Shown piece by piece: positions 21,929-33,840 of a DNA stretch of 64,000 nt. The notes below the pieces were generated by a model. That model saw only the letters and a list, made by a program, of their open reading frames with translations, searched no databases and was not told where the DNA came from. Source of the DNA: an uncultured delta proteobacterium (GTDB lineage: Bacteria > Desulfobacterota > Binatia > UBA9968); contig CAVUZH010000018.1 of assembly GCA_963745835.1 (NCBI GenBank), forward strand, positions 64,001-128,000, read 5' to 3'. Position 1 is the stretch's first letter; each line of letters starts with the position of its first letter. The position numbers and the translations under genes were made by a program.

Positions 21929-23989
21929 TCATTGACTTACTAGCAAAGATCTGAGCTCTTCGGGCCGAGTTAGCGGCGCTGAGCACGTATGATTATGACA
22001 TACATAAGCCGTAGCGGTACCGTTGATCTGCGTTTTGCCCGCAAGCAGCGGTGAGATCTCGTCCAGAGATTCGTCGGGACTAACGAGTTGCAGGGTCAAA
22101 TTGGGAAGATAGAGCGAGTTGATTAGCGCGAGCAACTCGGTGGTTCTCGAATCATCCGCTTTGCCTACTAGGACAATGTCTTTCGGTTTTCCTAAGTGAA
22201 AGTCCAAAGCGCATAACATGTGGGCAAAACCAAAGGGCTGACTCTCCATTGCGTGTGAGTACGAGCGCAGGACCGTTTCAGCTTTGCCGAGAAAATCCTC
22301 TTTTCCGGTTAAGTGATAAAGCCGCAGCAACAACTCGGTCGCTTTGGCATTGCCGGACGGAACCGATGCATCGAAAACCGGTTTGGTGCGGCTAATTAAT
22401 TGTTCATGGGAGTTCCCCGTATAAAAAAAACCTCCTTCGGATGAATCCCAAAACTCCCGTACCATGACCTCGGTAAGTTCGACGGCCCGTTCCAATGCAG
22501 AACGTTCTAGAGTGGCTTCGTAAAAATCTAATAATCCGACCGCCAAGAAAGCATAATCATCCAGGAACCCTAATTGTTTCGCGTTCCCGTCTTTATACGT
22601 ATGGAGTAGCAAGCCATCGGAAAACATTTTCGTGAAAATGAGTTGGATGGTGCGGTTGGCGGCTGCCAAGAAACTTGGCTTCGCCGAAATCTTGAGAGCT
22701 TCAGCCAAACCTGACAGCATTAGGCCGTTCCAAGACGTAATGATCTTCTCGTCACGGAATGGCTTTTCGCGTCTCTCGCGCGCTGCGAAAAGCTTCTGCT
22801 TCGCCTGAGTTATCAGCGTTTCAATTTGGTCCGGAGTTTTCTTGAACAACCCGGCCGCTTGAGCGACAGTCAAAATCGGGTGAAGGATGTTTTTGCCTTC
22901 GAAATTACCTAATTCAGTAACGTCGTAAACGCGGCTGAAAATTTCGCCGTCTTCTTCGCCAAGAATCTGATTGATTTCTTTCCGGCTCCAGACAAAAAAA
23001 TTACCTTCCTCACCTTCGCTGTCGGCATCTTGGGTCGAGTAGAATCCCCCTTCACTATGTAGCATTTCACGGATCAAATAATCCAAAGTTTCTTCCATCA
23101 CACGCCTGAAGAGCTTGTTACCGGTAGCTCGGTACAGCAGCGCCAAAGTTCGAACCAGCTGTGCGTTATCGTAAAGCATCTTCTCGAAATGAGGCACGAG
23201 CCATTTCTCGTCGACTGAGTAGCGATGAAATCCACCGCCCAAGTGATCGTAGATTCCGCCTAGCATCATTTTAGTTAGGCTATGTGCGACCATGTTGAGA
23301 AAACGTTCGGTTCCTGAATGATGATGCTGGCGCAAAAATAGTTCGTAAACACCAGGGTTGGGAAATTTCGGTGCTTGCCCCAAACCGCCATTCTCGGCAT
23401 CGTAAGCACTCGCAATCTGTTCGGCAGCTTTGCCAATTGCATCCGGGGCGAAGGCATGTTCATGATCGTCGGAGTGAGACATTTGTTTGAGAGCCGATAG
23501 AATTTGCCCAACGCTTTTCTGAACATCGTCGGGTTTGTCGCGATAAGCCTGCGCCACACCTTGAAGAATACGTGGAAAGCCCGGCATGCCATGACGATCT
23601 TGCGGCGGAAAGTATGTGCCGCCATAGAATGGCTGCCGGTCGGGAGTGAGAAACATCGTCATTGGCCAACCTCCCCTGCCGGTCAGCATCTGTACAGCAT
23701 TCATGTAGATTTCATCCAAGTCCGGGCGTTCTTCGCGATCCACTTTGATGTTGATAAAGAGGTTGTTCATCAGTTCCGCGATCTGCTCATTTTCGAAGGA
23801 CTCGCGCTCCATAACATGACACCAGTGGCATGCGGAGTAACCAATACTCAGTAGAACCGGCTTATTCTCTTCTTTAGCCTTAGAGAAAGCTTCGTCACTC
23901 CACGGGTACCAATCGACAGGATTATGGGCGTGCTGGAGCAGATAGGGGCTGGTCTCATGAACCAAACGGTTTGTGTGTTTCGCATCCAC
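21929..23989 (-). CDS. Thioredoxin-domain YyaL/SPATA20 (DUF255) family protein
   Basis: [36 protein letters not shown]; GTG start after AAGGAGG. Confidence 0.93.
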   Translation of the reverse strand: MDAKHTNRLVHETSPYLLQHAHNPVDWYPWSDEAFSKAKEENKPVLLSIGYSACHWCHVMERESFENEQIAELMNNLFINIKVDREERPDLDEIYMNAVQMLTGRGGWPMTMFLTPDRQPFYGGTYFPPQDRHGMPGFPRILQGVAQAYRDKPDDVQKSVGQILSALKQMSHSDDHEHAFAPDAIGKAAEQIASAYDAENGGLGQAPKFPNPGVYELFLRQHHHSGTERFLNMVAHSLTKMMLGGIYDHLGGGFHRYSVDEKWLVPHFEKMLYDNAQLVRTLALLYRATGNKLFRRVMEETLDYLIREMLHSEGGFYSTQDADSEGEEGNFFVWSRKEINQILGEEDGEIFSRVYDVTELGNFEGKNILHPILTVAQAAGLFKKTPDQIETLITQAKQKLFAARERREKPFRDEKIITSWNGLMLSGLAEALKISAKPSFLAAANRTIQLIFTKMFSDGLLLHTYKDGNAKQLGFLDDYAFLAVGLLDFYEATLERSALERAVELTEVMVREFWDSSEGGFFYTGNSHEQLISRTKPVFDASVPSGNAKATELLLRLYHLTGKEDFLGKAETVLRSYSHAMESQPFGFAHMLCALDFHLGKPKDIVLVGKADDSRTTELLALINSLYLPNLTLQLVSPDESLDEISPLLAGKTQINGTATAYVCHNHTCSAPLTRPEELRSLLVSQ

Positions 23990-24175
23990 TTGGACTACCT
24001 CCTTCAATAAAACGCTAACACAGAGTACGGCGCGTCAAAACCTAACCTCTTGGCTTGCGGAAATACATTCGCAGTCGTTCGTCAGCGTTCGGTCGTGTCC
24101 AGGGATGCAGGGAATGCGATCGGCACCCTACGCGAGATACAGAACGGTTTGAGTGCGGTCGGAAAAGGATTTACT

Positions 24176-24379
24176 TCACCGAATCTTTAGGTCAAAAGCG
24201 ACGGGCCCTTTCTCGCCCTTTCGGGTTTGGAACTGAACCGTGTCGCCTTCATTGAAGTCTTCTATCTGATTGCGAGGCGCCATGCTGCCCCGATGAAAGA
24301 AAACCTCTTCGCTGCCATCATCCGGAGTAATGAATCCAAAGCCCTTTGGTCGGATTATTTTCTTGATGGTGCCGGTCAT
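24176..24379 (-). CDS. Cold-shock domain protein
   Basis: KGFGFI (RNP1), VFFH (RNP2), GEKGP. Confidence 0.93.
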   Translation of the reverse strand: MTGTIKKIIRPKGFGFITPDDGSEEVFFHRGSMAPRNQIEDFNEGDTVQFQTRKGEKGPVAFDLKIR

Positions 24380-24494
24380 AAGATTTCTCCTCGAGCGGAG
24401 TCAATGCGGAATTGCATTTTCAACGCGATGTATTGACAATCAAATCATAGCTAACTTAGCCTACAGTTTAAAATTCGCATAGATCGAAGCAACC

Positions 24495-25572
24495 TTGAGG
24501 TCACTTCTCTACTATATCACCGGCCATGGCTACGGCCACGCGGTCCGTTCGTGCCAGGTCATTTGGAACCTGAAGGAACGCTGTCCGGAGATGACCGTTT
24601 ACGTTCGCAGCACGGTTCCGGAATGGCTGTTTGAGCATCCGCTCTATTCTGTGGAACAAAGCTCGCAGGCGCTGGACGTCGGGATTGTTCAAGATGACAG
24701 CCTGCAGATGGAACTCGGGCGTACGCTGGAGGCTTGCAAGGCTTTACACGCCCGTATTCCTTTCCTAATCGAGCAAGAACTAGCTTTTGTAGCAAAGCAT
24801 AACATCGGCCTTATTGTCGGCGACGTCCCACCTCTCTGTTTTGAAGTGGCTGCCCGAGCCGGCATTCCTTCCGTAGCGATTACAAATTTTTCCTGGAGCG
24901 GCATCTATAGAGGCTTTTTGCATGCTTTTCCGGATTTTCTGCCCCTGCTCGAAGAGATGGAGAAATTCTATCGTAAGACAACGCTTGCCCTGATCCTTCC
25001 CTATAGTTGTAAAGTGGAAATCTTCCCAGCGCGAGAAAGCATTCCATTTATTACCCGATCTTCAGCGCTGGATCGGACAGAAGCCCGAGAGAGACTCGGA
25101 ATACCGAATGTGGCCACCGCTGTTCTTTTGAGTTTTGGGGGGTATGGGCTTGGGCGATTACATCTGGACAGATTGCTGCGGCAGAAAGAGTTTTTTTTTA
25201 TTGGCACCGGCGATGCGCTGTCGGAAGGAATCTAACTTGCTGATGCTTCCTAATGCTCAGCGTAGCTACGTGGACCTTGTTCGCGCTGCCGACGTGATTG
25301 TTAGCAAACCCGGCTATGGCATTGTTGCTGACGTGATCAGACATCAAGTTCCACTACTATATACTGATCGCGGCGATTTCGCGGAATATCCGTATCTGGT
25401 GAAGACGCTCGAGGACTATGCCACGGCCGAATTCATTCCTCAGGATGATCTGATATGCGCCAATTTAACACCTTACCTGAAGCGGCTTTTGACAAGGAAG
25501 AAGCATTGGCCGGCAGTTGCGACCAACGGAGCTTCAGTTGCTAGCGAGAGACTTTTGAGCCTACTCCGATGA
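24495..25572 (+). CDS. GT-B glycosyltransferase-like protein (L-arabinokinase N-terminal-like), frameshifted near 25220
   Basis: TGHGYGHAVR and LLSFGGYG in the first frame; VSKPGYGIV and RGDFAEY in the second. Confidence 0.75.
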
Positions 25573-25645
25573 TCGTTTGTCGCCGCTGGCAAGGTCTTAG
25601 AGCATGTTGACAGCCGTGGATGAATCATCCAGATTGAGAATCGTC

Positions 25646-26584
25646 ATGACAGTCGAAAAGGTTGTTCTTGCTAAGCCGCGGGGATTCTGCGCCGGCGTGG
25701 AAATGGCTTTGGCAACGGTGGAGCGAGCTCTTGAGAGACATGGTCCGCCCATCTATGTATTTCATGAGATTGTCCATAATCGGCATGTCGTTCGGGACTT
25801 TATCGCTCGCGGCGTGCATTTCGTCCAATCCATTGACGAAGTGCCGCCGGGCGCCAGAGTGATCTTCAGCGCGCACGGAATTTCCCCTGAGGTATGGCAG
25901 CAGGCAAAACAGAAACAACTCGCCTTTGTGATCGATGCCACCTGCCCTCTCGTCGACAAAGTTCATCGGGAGGTAAGAAAGTTTGCATCGCAAGGATATG
26001 AGATCATTCTTGTCGGTCATGAAAAGCACGACGAGATCGTTGGCACCAGCGGTGAGGCGCCTCAGCACGTCAGGATTGTTGCCGATCTCGATCAAGCCAA
26101 GACTGTTACAGTGTCGGATCCTGATAAGGTCGCGGTTCTAACCCAGACAACTCTCAGTGTTGACGACACCCGCGATATAATCGACGTGCTCAAGCAAAGG
26201 TTTCCGAAAATCATCACGCCGGCGAAAGAAGACATTTGTTATGCGACACAAAACCGTCAGGATGCGGTGAAACAGTTAACGCGCGCGGTCGATCTGGTGC
26301 TGGTGATAGGATCCGAAAACAGTGAGAATTCGAATCAACTCTGTGCCGTTGCGCGCTCGCAAGGAACTCCTGCATACTTAATTGGTGAAATCGGCCTGCT
26401 TGATCCCGGCTGGCTAAAGGGGGTGACGCGGGTCGGGATAACTTCCGGCGCGTCCGTGCCCGAGCGTTTAGTAGACGAGGCCGTCGATTTTTTTGTTCAA
26501 CGAGGCGCGGAAATCTCACATCTAGGTTTTACCGAGGAAAACGTTCATTTTGCCTTACCGACGGAAGTCATTCACCCTCAATAA
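25646..26584 (+). CDS. ispH: 4-hydroxy-3-methylbut-2-enyl diphosphate reductase
   Basis: PRGFCAGV, DATCPLV, ICYATQNRQ, TSGASVPE. Confidence 0.97.
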   Translation: MTVEKVVLAKPRGFCAGVEMALATVERALERHGPPIYVFHEIVHNRHVVRDFIARGVHFVQSIDEVPPGARVIFSAHGISPEVWQQAKQKQLAFVIDATCPLVDKVHREVRKFASQGYEIILVGHEKHDEIVGTSGEAPQHVRIVADLDQAKTVTVSDPDKVAVLTQTTLSVDDTRDIIDVLKQRFPKIITPAKEDICYATQNRQDAVKQLTRAVDLVLVIGSENSENSNQLCAVARSQGTPAYLIGEIGLLDPGWLKGVTRVGITSGASVPERLVDEAVDFFVQRGAEISHLGFTEENVHFALPTEVIHPQ

Positions 26585-26658
26585 AGCAATCGGACGAGTT
26601 GATTGTAGATCACTCGCTACGCTTCACGGACGTCCGTCACATTCTGGAATTGCCCGCT

Positions 26659-26718
26659 TGCCTCACAACTGTGCAATTGCTTAATCGGCGAGCAGTAGAT
26701 CTGTTTACTGTTTAAGCA
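26659..26718. promoter_or_regulatory. Tandem NtrC-like enhancer boxes
   Basis: TGC-N11-GCA at 26659-26675 and 26678-26694, weaker TGT-N11-GCA at 26702-26718, upstream of a sigma54 promoter. Confidence 0.65.
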
Positions 26719-26766
26719 AGCTTCGCAAGACTGACGGAATCTCGGGGAATAATCTTATCGGTTAGG

Positions 26767-26781
26767 TGGCATCTCCATTGC
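26767..26781 (+). promoter_or_regulatory. sigma54 -24/-12 promoter of amtB-glnA-glnB
   Basis: TGGCAT-CTCCA-TTGC matches TGGCAC-N5-TTGC. Confidence 0.85.
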
Positions 26782-26837
26782 GTTTCTCCCGATAGGTATA
26801 GTACGCCTACTGCTGGGCCTACCAAGAGAGGTTCGTC

Positions 26838-28205
26838 GTGACACAACACATTAGAGCATTAATTTTGATTCTGTTTCTTGCTTCAACGATTCCCGTAGCT
26901 GCAGCATTCGGGCAGGATCTAACGTCGTCTAGCGGGGCACCTGAGGCAGCTATCGCTACAGCGCCGCCAGTGGCTTCCGAGCCGCGTGTCGACAAAGGAG
27001 ATACAGCCTGGATTCTGACTTCGTCGGCGCTCGTGTTGATGATGACCATTCCCGGCTTATTTTTATTTTATGGTGGGTTGGTGCGGAGCAAAAATGTTCT
27101 CGGGACCATCATGCAGAGCTTTGTGGTGGTCGCTCTCATCAGTATTCAATGGGTCCTGTGGGGCTATAGTCTCGCCTTTGGTCCAGATATAGGCGGTTGG
27201 ATCGGCAGCCTAGGCTGGGTCGGGTTGAATAACGTTGGCGCAACTCCAAATCCGGATTATTCGGCCACGATTCCGCATCAAGCATTTATGGTTTTTCAAA
27301 TGATGTTCGCGATCATCACGCCTGCGCTGATCACCGGCGCGGTTGCGGAACGGGCGAAGTTCGGGACATTCATCGTTTTTGTGTTGTTATGGGCGACCTT
27401 CGTCTACGATCCGCTGGCGCACTGGGTTTGGGGCAAGGGGTGGATGGGGGCTATGGGGGCGCTTGATTTTGCCGGCGGCACAGTCGTGCACATTAGCTCC
27501 GGATTTTCCGCATTGGCTGCTGCTTACTTTTTGGGAAGACGTGTCGGTTACGGATATGAAACGATGACGCCGCACAATCTGCCATTTACGGTCCTTGGCG
27601 CCTCTCTACTCTGGGTCGGTTGGTTCGGTTTCAATGCCGGTAGTGCTTTAGCTGCGGACGGTTTAGCCACCGTGGCTTTTGTAACAACCAACACGGCGGC
27701 CGCGGCGGCAGCCCTTGCTTGGATGTTTACGGAATGGTTCACACACGGCAAACCTACGGCGCTAGGAGCGGCAAGCGGCGCAGTTGCGGGGCTGGTTTCT
27801 ATTACACCGGCCGCCGGCTTTGTCGGCCCATTGTCTGCGATTATCATTGGCGCGGTTGGCGGAATGTTATGCTATAAAGCCTGCAATCTGAAAGCCCGTC
27901 TCGGATATGATGACTCGTTAGATGTTGTCGGCGTCCATGGGATTGGCGGCACATGGGGAGCTCTAGCGACCGGTTTGTTTGCCTCAAAAGCGATTAATCC
28001 AGCGGGTAACGATGGTCTGTTCTACGGCAATCCTGCACAGCTTGGCGTACAGGCCATAACGGTAGTGGCGACGATCGCCTTCGCGCTGATAATGACTTTC
28101 ATCATTTTATCGATTTTGAAAGCTACCATGGGATTAAGAGTATCTGAAGAAGAGGAACGTATGGGTCTGGATCTAACTCAACACAACGAACGTGGCTACG
28201 CTTAA
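26838..28205 (+). CDS. amtB: Ammonium transporter
   Basis: FQMMFAIIT, DFAGGTVVH, WFGFNAGS, DDSLDVVGVHG. Confidence 0.97.
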   Translation: MTQHIRALILILFLASTIPVAAAFGQDLTSSSGAPEAAIATAPPVASEPRVDKGDTAWILTSSALVLMMTIPGLFLFYGGLVRSKNVLGTIMQSFVVVALISIQWVLWGYSLAFGPDIGGWIGSLGWVGLNNVGATPNPDYSATIPHQAFMVFQMMFAIITPALITGAVAERAKFGTFIVFVLLWATFVYDPLAHWVWGKGWMGAMGALDFAGGTVVHISSGFSALAAAYFLGRRVGYGYETMTPHNLPFTVLGASLLWVGWFGFNAGSALAADGLATVAFVTTNTAAAAAALAWMFTEWFTHGKPTALGAASGAVAGLVSITPAAGFVGPLSAIIIGAVGGMLCYKACNLKARLGYDDSLDVVGVHGIGGTWGALATGLFASKAINPAGNDGLFYGNPAQLGVQAITVVATIAFALIMTFIILSILKATMGLRVSEEEERMGLDLTQHNERGYA

Positions 28206-28288
28206 GTAGGCACGGAAGGGGTAGCTGGACTCAGGAGAATGTGATAACAGACGATTTCAAGGTGCTAAAAAGAACGAAGGAGTAGTAG

Positions 28289-29704
28289 ATGCCAGTTAAA
28301 GACGCTTTAGAGATGGCAAAGAAAAATAAAGCCGAGATAGTAGATTTTAAGTTTATCGATCTTCCGGGACTATGGCAGCATTTTTCGATCCCCGCGACAG
28401 AATTGTCAGCCGACATTTTTGAGCAAGGGCTCGGATTTGATGGGTCAAGCATCCGGGGATTTCAGAGCATCAACGAATCCGACATGATTTTACTGCCGGA
28501 TCCGAATGCGGCCATCATGGATCCGTTTCGAGAGCATTCAACCATCAGCTTTGTATGTAATGTTCTAGATGCGATCACGCGCGAACCCTACAGCCGCGAT
28601 CCCCGCTTTATCACGCAGAAAGCCGAGAAGTACCTGAAGTCGAGCGGTATCGCGGACATCAGCTACTGGGGTCCTGAAATTGAATTCTTCATCTTTGACA
28701 GCATTCGGTTTGACCAAAATCATCATGAAGGTTACTACCACATCGACTCGGCGGAGGGGTTCTGGAACTCGGGCAACAACGATGGTCCGAATCTGGGCAA
28801 CAAAATCCGCTACAAGGAAGGCTATTTTCCGATGCCTCCGATGGACCAGTACCAAGACCTCCGCTCCGAGATGGTATTGAATCTGCAGAAATGCGGCATC
28901 ACGGTCGAAGTGCATCATCACGAGGTCGCCACCGGTGGACAGACCGAAATCGATATGCGCTATGACACTATGACTAAGATGGCGGACAATGTGTTGCTGT
29001 ATAAATACGTCGTTAAGAATACCGCCCGGCGGCGCGGCAAAGTGGTCACGGTCATGCCTAAACCGCTTTTTCAGGATAACGGCTCCGGTATGCACTGCCA
29101 CCAGAGTTTGTGGAAGAACGGCAAGAACCTGTTTTACGATAAAAAAGGTTATGGCTTGATCAGCGACACTGCGCGCTACTATATTGGCGGTTTAATCAAA
29201 CACGCCCACGCGCTCTGTGCCTTTATCGCCCCGACCACGAACTCTTACAGAAGACTTGTTCCCGGGTACGAAGCGCCGATAAATTTAGTCTACTCGGCTC
29301 GTAACCGCAGCGCCTGCGTGCGCATCCCGATGTATTCCGACAGTGAAAAGGCCAAGAGGCTGGAGTTTAGAACCCCTGATCCGAGCTGCAATCCATACTT
29401 TGCATTCCCCGCGATGTTAATGGCGGGGCTTGATGGGATTCGTAACAAGATCGAGCCGCCGAAACCGATCGACAAGAACCTGTACGAGCTCGAGCCCGAA
29501 GAAGCCGCCAAGGTGAAATCGATGCCGGGATCTTTGGATCAAGCACTCGACGCACTAGAGAAAGATCAGGATTTTCTGCTTAGGGGTGATGTGTTTACCA
29601 AAGACGTGATTGATACCTGGCTAGAGTTCAAGCGCAAAAATGAGGTCGATGCTATCCGCCTCAGACCCCATCCATGGGAGTTCGCCCTCTACTTTGATAT
29701 TTAA
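28289..29704 (+). CDS. glnA: Glutamine synthetase type I
   Basis: [27 protein letters not shown], adenylylation motif KNLYEL. Confidence 0.99.
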   Translation: MPVKDALEMAKKNKAEIVDFKFIDLPGLWQHFSIPATELSADIFEQGLGFDGSSIRGFQSINESDMILLPDPNAAIMDPFREHSTISFVCNVLDAITREPYSRDPRFITQKAEKYLKSSGIADISYWGPEIEFFIFDSIRFDQNHHEGYYHIDSAEGFWNSGNNDGPNLGNKIRYKEGYFPMPPMDQYQDLRSEMVLNLQKCGITVEVHHHEVATGGQTEIDMRYDTMTKMADNVLLYKYVVKNTARRRGKVVTVMPKPLFQDNGSGMHCHQSLWKNGKNLFYDKKGYGLISDTARYYIGGLIKHAHALCAFIAPTTNSYRRLVPGYEAPINLVYSARNRSACVRIPMYSDSEKAKRLEFRTPDPSCNPYFAFPAMLMAGLDGIRNKIEPPKPIDKNLYELEPEEAAKVKSMPGSLDQALDALEKDQDFLLRGDVFTKDVIDTWLEFKRKNEVDAIRLRPHPWEFALYFDI

Positions 29705-29741
29705 AAGGCTGAGGCCAGTCGCTCTTCCGATTGAGGAGTGA

Positions 29742-30116
<375 letters not shown>

Positions 30117-30269
30117 TTCACTGCTCTAAGTCGTCGTAGTGTCCTAAGTACTGGCCTGGCAATGTCGGATGACCCCCTAAGCTTTTGGTGATGATTGTGC
30201 AGATGATCTCGGCTTGGGATGGCCGTAAAGCAGCGGCAGTCCCAAGCCATGAGTGCACTTAGGTAAGCA

Positions 30270-31880
30270 TTAAACTGATTTATTTTTTTCTGATTTCTCT
30301 TCTCCGGGTTGTTTCCCGGGTTCGAAGCCACCCACCTCGTGGTAGACAACCTTCTTATCTTCTTCAAACGCTCTTACAATTGGCACCTGTCCGGGGAGGC
30401 CCAGTTTCTTCCATTGACTGGCAACTTTATCGTACATCTCCTTGCGGAGCGCTGTGCGTTTTGAAAAGACCGGCAGGTAGCGGTGCTCCTTGCAAGCGTT
30501 AATCAAGGCTTTTGATCCGTACGGTCGTTTCTCCGGTGGATTTTGAGTTGGATCCAGCCAGGTGCTCCAAGTATTGCGGAGAATATCTAGGTCATCAATT
30601 GGATTGCAGCGGCTACTCATGGCCCAAATCACTTGATCCATATCCGTCGGATCGATATCTTCATCAACTGCGATAATCCATTTCGTGTAATAAGCGCCTC
30701 CAGGTACTTGAGCAGCCAACGCCAATGCCTGTGCTGCATGGCCGGCATATCGCTGCTCGAGACTGATTACCGTCATGCCGAAACCACCGGCGCCAGCGGG
30801 ATGGGCATAGACTCCCTGAATGCCCGGAACTCCGAGTTTGTCCAAATCGTCCCAGATCCGCGCCGATCGGATGATAGCAAAAAACCCACTCTGCTCGTTG
30901 GACGGATAGTCGGCCATTAAAGCATTGGTGAGTATCGGATTGTTGCGGTAATGGATAGCGGTAATTTCAACAAGGGGGCAGCCGGCTTCGGGTCTGCCGT
31001 AATATCCGGGGAATTCACCGAATGGGCCTTCGCTCTTCACCGAATTTGGTTTGATGATGCCTTCGATCACAAACTCCGCATTCGCCGGCAGCAACAGGTC
31101 GGTGGTTTTTCCCTTGACCACAGGTATCGGTTCGCCCTTGATGCCGCCTAGAAACTCGTATTCCGAAACGTTCTTGGGGAAGGTTTGCGACCCGACGACC
31201 ATAAATAGTGGATCAATTCCCCATGCGGCGGCGACTTCTACCGGTTTGCCCATCTGCCAGGAACGGGTGATATGCAGGCGCGCATCTTTTCCAGGAGAAA
31301 GATAGAGACCGGCTTCTTTCTTACCTTGAAGCATCATTCGATAGGTGCCGACGTTTAAATAGCCGGTATCGGGATCCCGGGTAATGACGCAATCTGCCGT
31401 TCCTGCATAGCGACCACCATCCAACGGCCAATGCTTGGGAATGGGCAGCTGAGTTAGATCGACTTTGTCCCCCATAAATGTGTTCTGGTAAAAACCGGCT
31501 TCCGACTGCTGAACTTCCCGGGGCTGTGTCCGGTGTTTGAGCTTATCCTTTACACGCCGGATCAATTCGACCGTCGGCGTGTCAGGCGGCTCTTCCATTG
31601 TCAGCGCAATCCGCTGCAGACTCGGTCCTAAGATGTTCCACAGAGAACGAGCCTTGAACGGGCTGTTCTCGTATCCTTTGATGTTGTCGAAAATGATCGC
31701 TGGGGAAGGTTTTTGTTTTGCGACCAAGTAGCCGATGGCGCTCATCTCTTCGTCGCAGCTGACAGGATCCTTTACGCGCACCAGGTCGCCCATCTCCTCA
31801 ACGCGCTCGACCCACTGCCGTAAGTCTTGAATCGGTTTACTACCTGCTGATTCCGTGGCTTTCTGTTCACGTTTAGCCAT
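30270..31880 (-). CDS. UbiD family prFMN-dependent (de)carboxylase
   Basis: GTYRMM, EGPFGEFPGYY, IAVDEDID; ATG after GGAGG. Confidence 0.9.
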   Translation of the reverse strand: MAKREQKATESAGSKPIQDLRQWVERVEEMGDLVRVKDPVSCDEEMSAIGYLVAKQKPSPAIIFDNIKGYENSPFKARSLWNILGPSLQRIALTMEEPPDTPTVELIRRVKDKLKHRTQPREVQQSEAGFYQNTFMGDKVDLTQLPIPKHWPLDGGRYAGTADCVITRDPDTGYLNVGTYRMMLQGKKEAGLYLSPGKDARLHITRSWQMGKPVEVAAAWGIDPLFMVVGSQTFPKNVSEYEFLGGIKGEPIPVVKGKTTDLLLPANAEFVIEGIIKPNSVKSEGPFGEFPGYYGRPEAGCPLVEITAIHYRNNPILTNALMADYPSNEQSGFFAIIRSARIWDDLDKLGVPGIQGVYAHPAGAGGFGMTVISLEQRYAGHAAQALALAAQVPGGAYYTKWIIAVDEDIDPTDMDQVIWAMSSRCNPIDDLDILRNTWSTWLDPTQNPPEKRPYGSKALINACKEHRYLPVFSKRTALRKEMYDKVASQWKKLGLPGQVPIVRAFEEDKKVVYHEVGGFEPGKQPGEEKSEKNKSV

Positions 31881-31923
31881 CGCGGTAACCTCCAATTATT
31901 TGTCTGCTACAAAATCTCAGCTG

Positions 31924-32673
31924 TTAAAGCCTGCCCTTTTTCGGCAATAGCGACTTGAAATAGGCAAAGCCATCGTAAGCACGGTATTTCATGTTCTCTT
32001 TCATGTAATCGACATCCGGCTGCGGCATGATTGCTGGCTTGCCGACACAGCTCGCGACAAACTGCATATAGGCAGTACGCTCCAAGTAGATCGCGTGAAC
32101 TGTAGCATATTCTAAGCTGTCGCCGCACACAATAACGCCATGTCCTTTGAGTAACATCGCCATGCGATCACCCAACGTCTGACAAATTTCTTTACCGTCC
32201 TGAATCGTATAGATCAGCCGCGGACTGGGAAATATCGGAGTCTCGGGGGCGAAAACCGCGGCTTGATTGTAAATCGGCAGGATCGGGGTGCCGGCAACGG
32301 AAAATGCCGTGGCTAGCGATTGGTGAGTATGAACTACCGAATTAACATCCGCGCGCGCAGCATAGATCGCCGCGTGGATCATCGTTTCACGGGGCGGGTT
32401 TTTGAGCTTTGTGATCGCCCGTTGGTTGCCGGCTTTCGCGTAGTTCTCCTCGCAAACTTCCATATATTCGTCGATATCTACGAGAATAATATCCTTGCTG
32501 GAGATTTCACCGAGCGGTGCCAAAACTGGTTTGATGAAAAACTTTCGGGTTCCGGGAATGCGAGCGCTAACGTGACCATGATAATCAGCCAAACCCTGGT
32601 GAAACATGATGCGGTTGCCTAAAGCTACTTTAGTTTTTAATTCCTCGAGTTCTTTCCTGCTGCTTTTACTCAT
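31924..32673 (-). CDS. Class II aldolase/adducin family protein
   Basis: GHVSAR, ETMIH, VHTH, LKGHG. Confidence 0.88.
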   Translation of the reverse strand: MSKSSRKELEELKTKVALGNRIMFHQGLADYHGHVSARIPGTRKFFIKPVLAPLGEISSKDIILVDIDEYMEVCEENYAKAGNQRAITKLKNPPRETMIHAAIYAARADVNSVVHTHQSLATAFSVAGTPILPIYNQAAVFAPETPIFPSPRLIYTIQDGKEICQTLGDRMAMLLKGHGVIVCGDSLEYATVHAIYLERTAYMQFVASCVGKPAIMPQPDVDYMKENMKYRAYDGFAYFKSLLPKKGRL

Positions 32674-33418
32674 GGCTCTCCTTCTTGATCAAAGCTAGTT
32701 GTCTACCTTCGGATAAGTTACTGATCGCCGTCAATCTAACCTGAAAATCAAAAAACACAATGCATCACTTCCAGTGTCCGTTCGCACACACCCTTCGTTC
32801 TAGCTGCTGTGCTAAGCGCGCGTCATTAGTTGTCCTCTGGTCCCCACGCAGATTGCAATTCATCCTAAATCATTTCACTCGTCAACTTTGTTCAAAGACA
32901 ATCATTTGGAGCAGCTATCATTCAAACCGCATAACTCATGCAAGATTGTTTTGTTAGCGAGGAATCGAGAAACGTCTAACCGCAGTTGAATTGAGCCTTA
33001 GCGGCATGATGTCAAAGTGCTAAAAAGGTCAACCAGCGCAACTCGTCCCGGATAAGACGGAAAAACCCACAAGAACATCATCCATTTGCTAGCTGATCCG
33101 ACAAACGATATAAGCACCACCCGGAACAGGTTCAAGCGCTTAGCTAGCTCATTTTTTCCTGTTCCACGAAAGAATCATGGGGCTGTGCATTCAGCAACTG
33201 GATGAGAAAATTAGGCCAACTTACGACAGTTTTGCCATGGTCGCAACGGATCTTATGAGGATCTGTAGACGCCTTGATGTTGCGGCTATCCGAATAAAAA
33301 ATGCAAAAATATCAATGCCTTAGAGGATTTATGGGAAATGAGCTGATTAGGCTGCCCTATTTTTATCGCCAAATTTTTGTGCTAGAAACCTATCACTAAG
33401 TGGCCAAGGACATGTACC

Positions 33419-33799
33419 ATGCGGATGATATTGCCTCCCTTGAAAGACCGTCGGGCTGTAGACCGATTCCTTTCATCATTTTTCAGCGAATATAAACCAC
33501 TGCACTTTAAAAAGGCTATTTCGATCGTTTGTCGCTTTTACCACCTCAAGCATCCCAAGATAGAGTGGTTTGAGTATCTCGATTGGGGTAAAACTGCGGG
33601 AAAGACTTACGAGGACGGCCAGATCTATCTAGTCCATCCTGAGAGTTGGAAACGCGGTCGGAAATACTATAGCGAGCGTCGCTGGATCAATACTGTTTAC
33701 CATGAAATGGGTCATTACGTGCTTTGGGCAGATGCAGAAACGAAGGCTGACAAGTTCGCGCTTCAAATGGTCAGAGGTCTGAATCACCAGAAGTCATAA
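33419..33799 (+). CDS. Small basic HEXXH metalloprotease-like hypothetical protein
   Basis: HEMGH followed by E-x-x-A-x-x-FA; AAGGA RBS. Confidence 0.6.
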   Translation: MRMILPPLKDRRAVDRFLSSFFSEYKPLHFKKAISIVCRFYHLKHPKIEWFEYLDWGKTAGKTYEDGQIYLVHPESWKRGRKYYSERRWINTVYHEMGHYVLWADAETKADKFALQMVRGLNHQKS

Positions 33800-33840
33800 T
33801 CACTGCGACCCGCCGATCCTTTAGAATTAACAGAGTAGCG

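Noticed and set aside
28206-28230. Second sigma54 promoter before glnA (GGCACG)
   Set aside because: No TTGC at the -12 position
33000-33840. T-box leader for ileS
   Set aside because: No T-box consensus seen and a coding gene lies directly upstream of ileS
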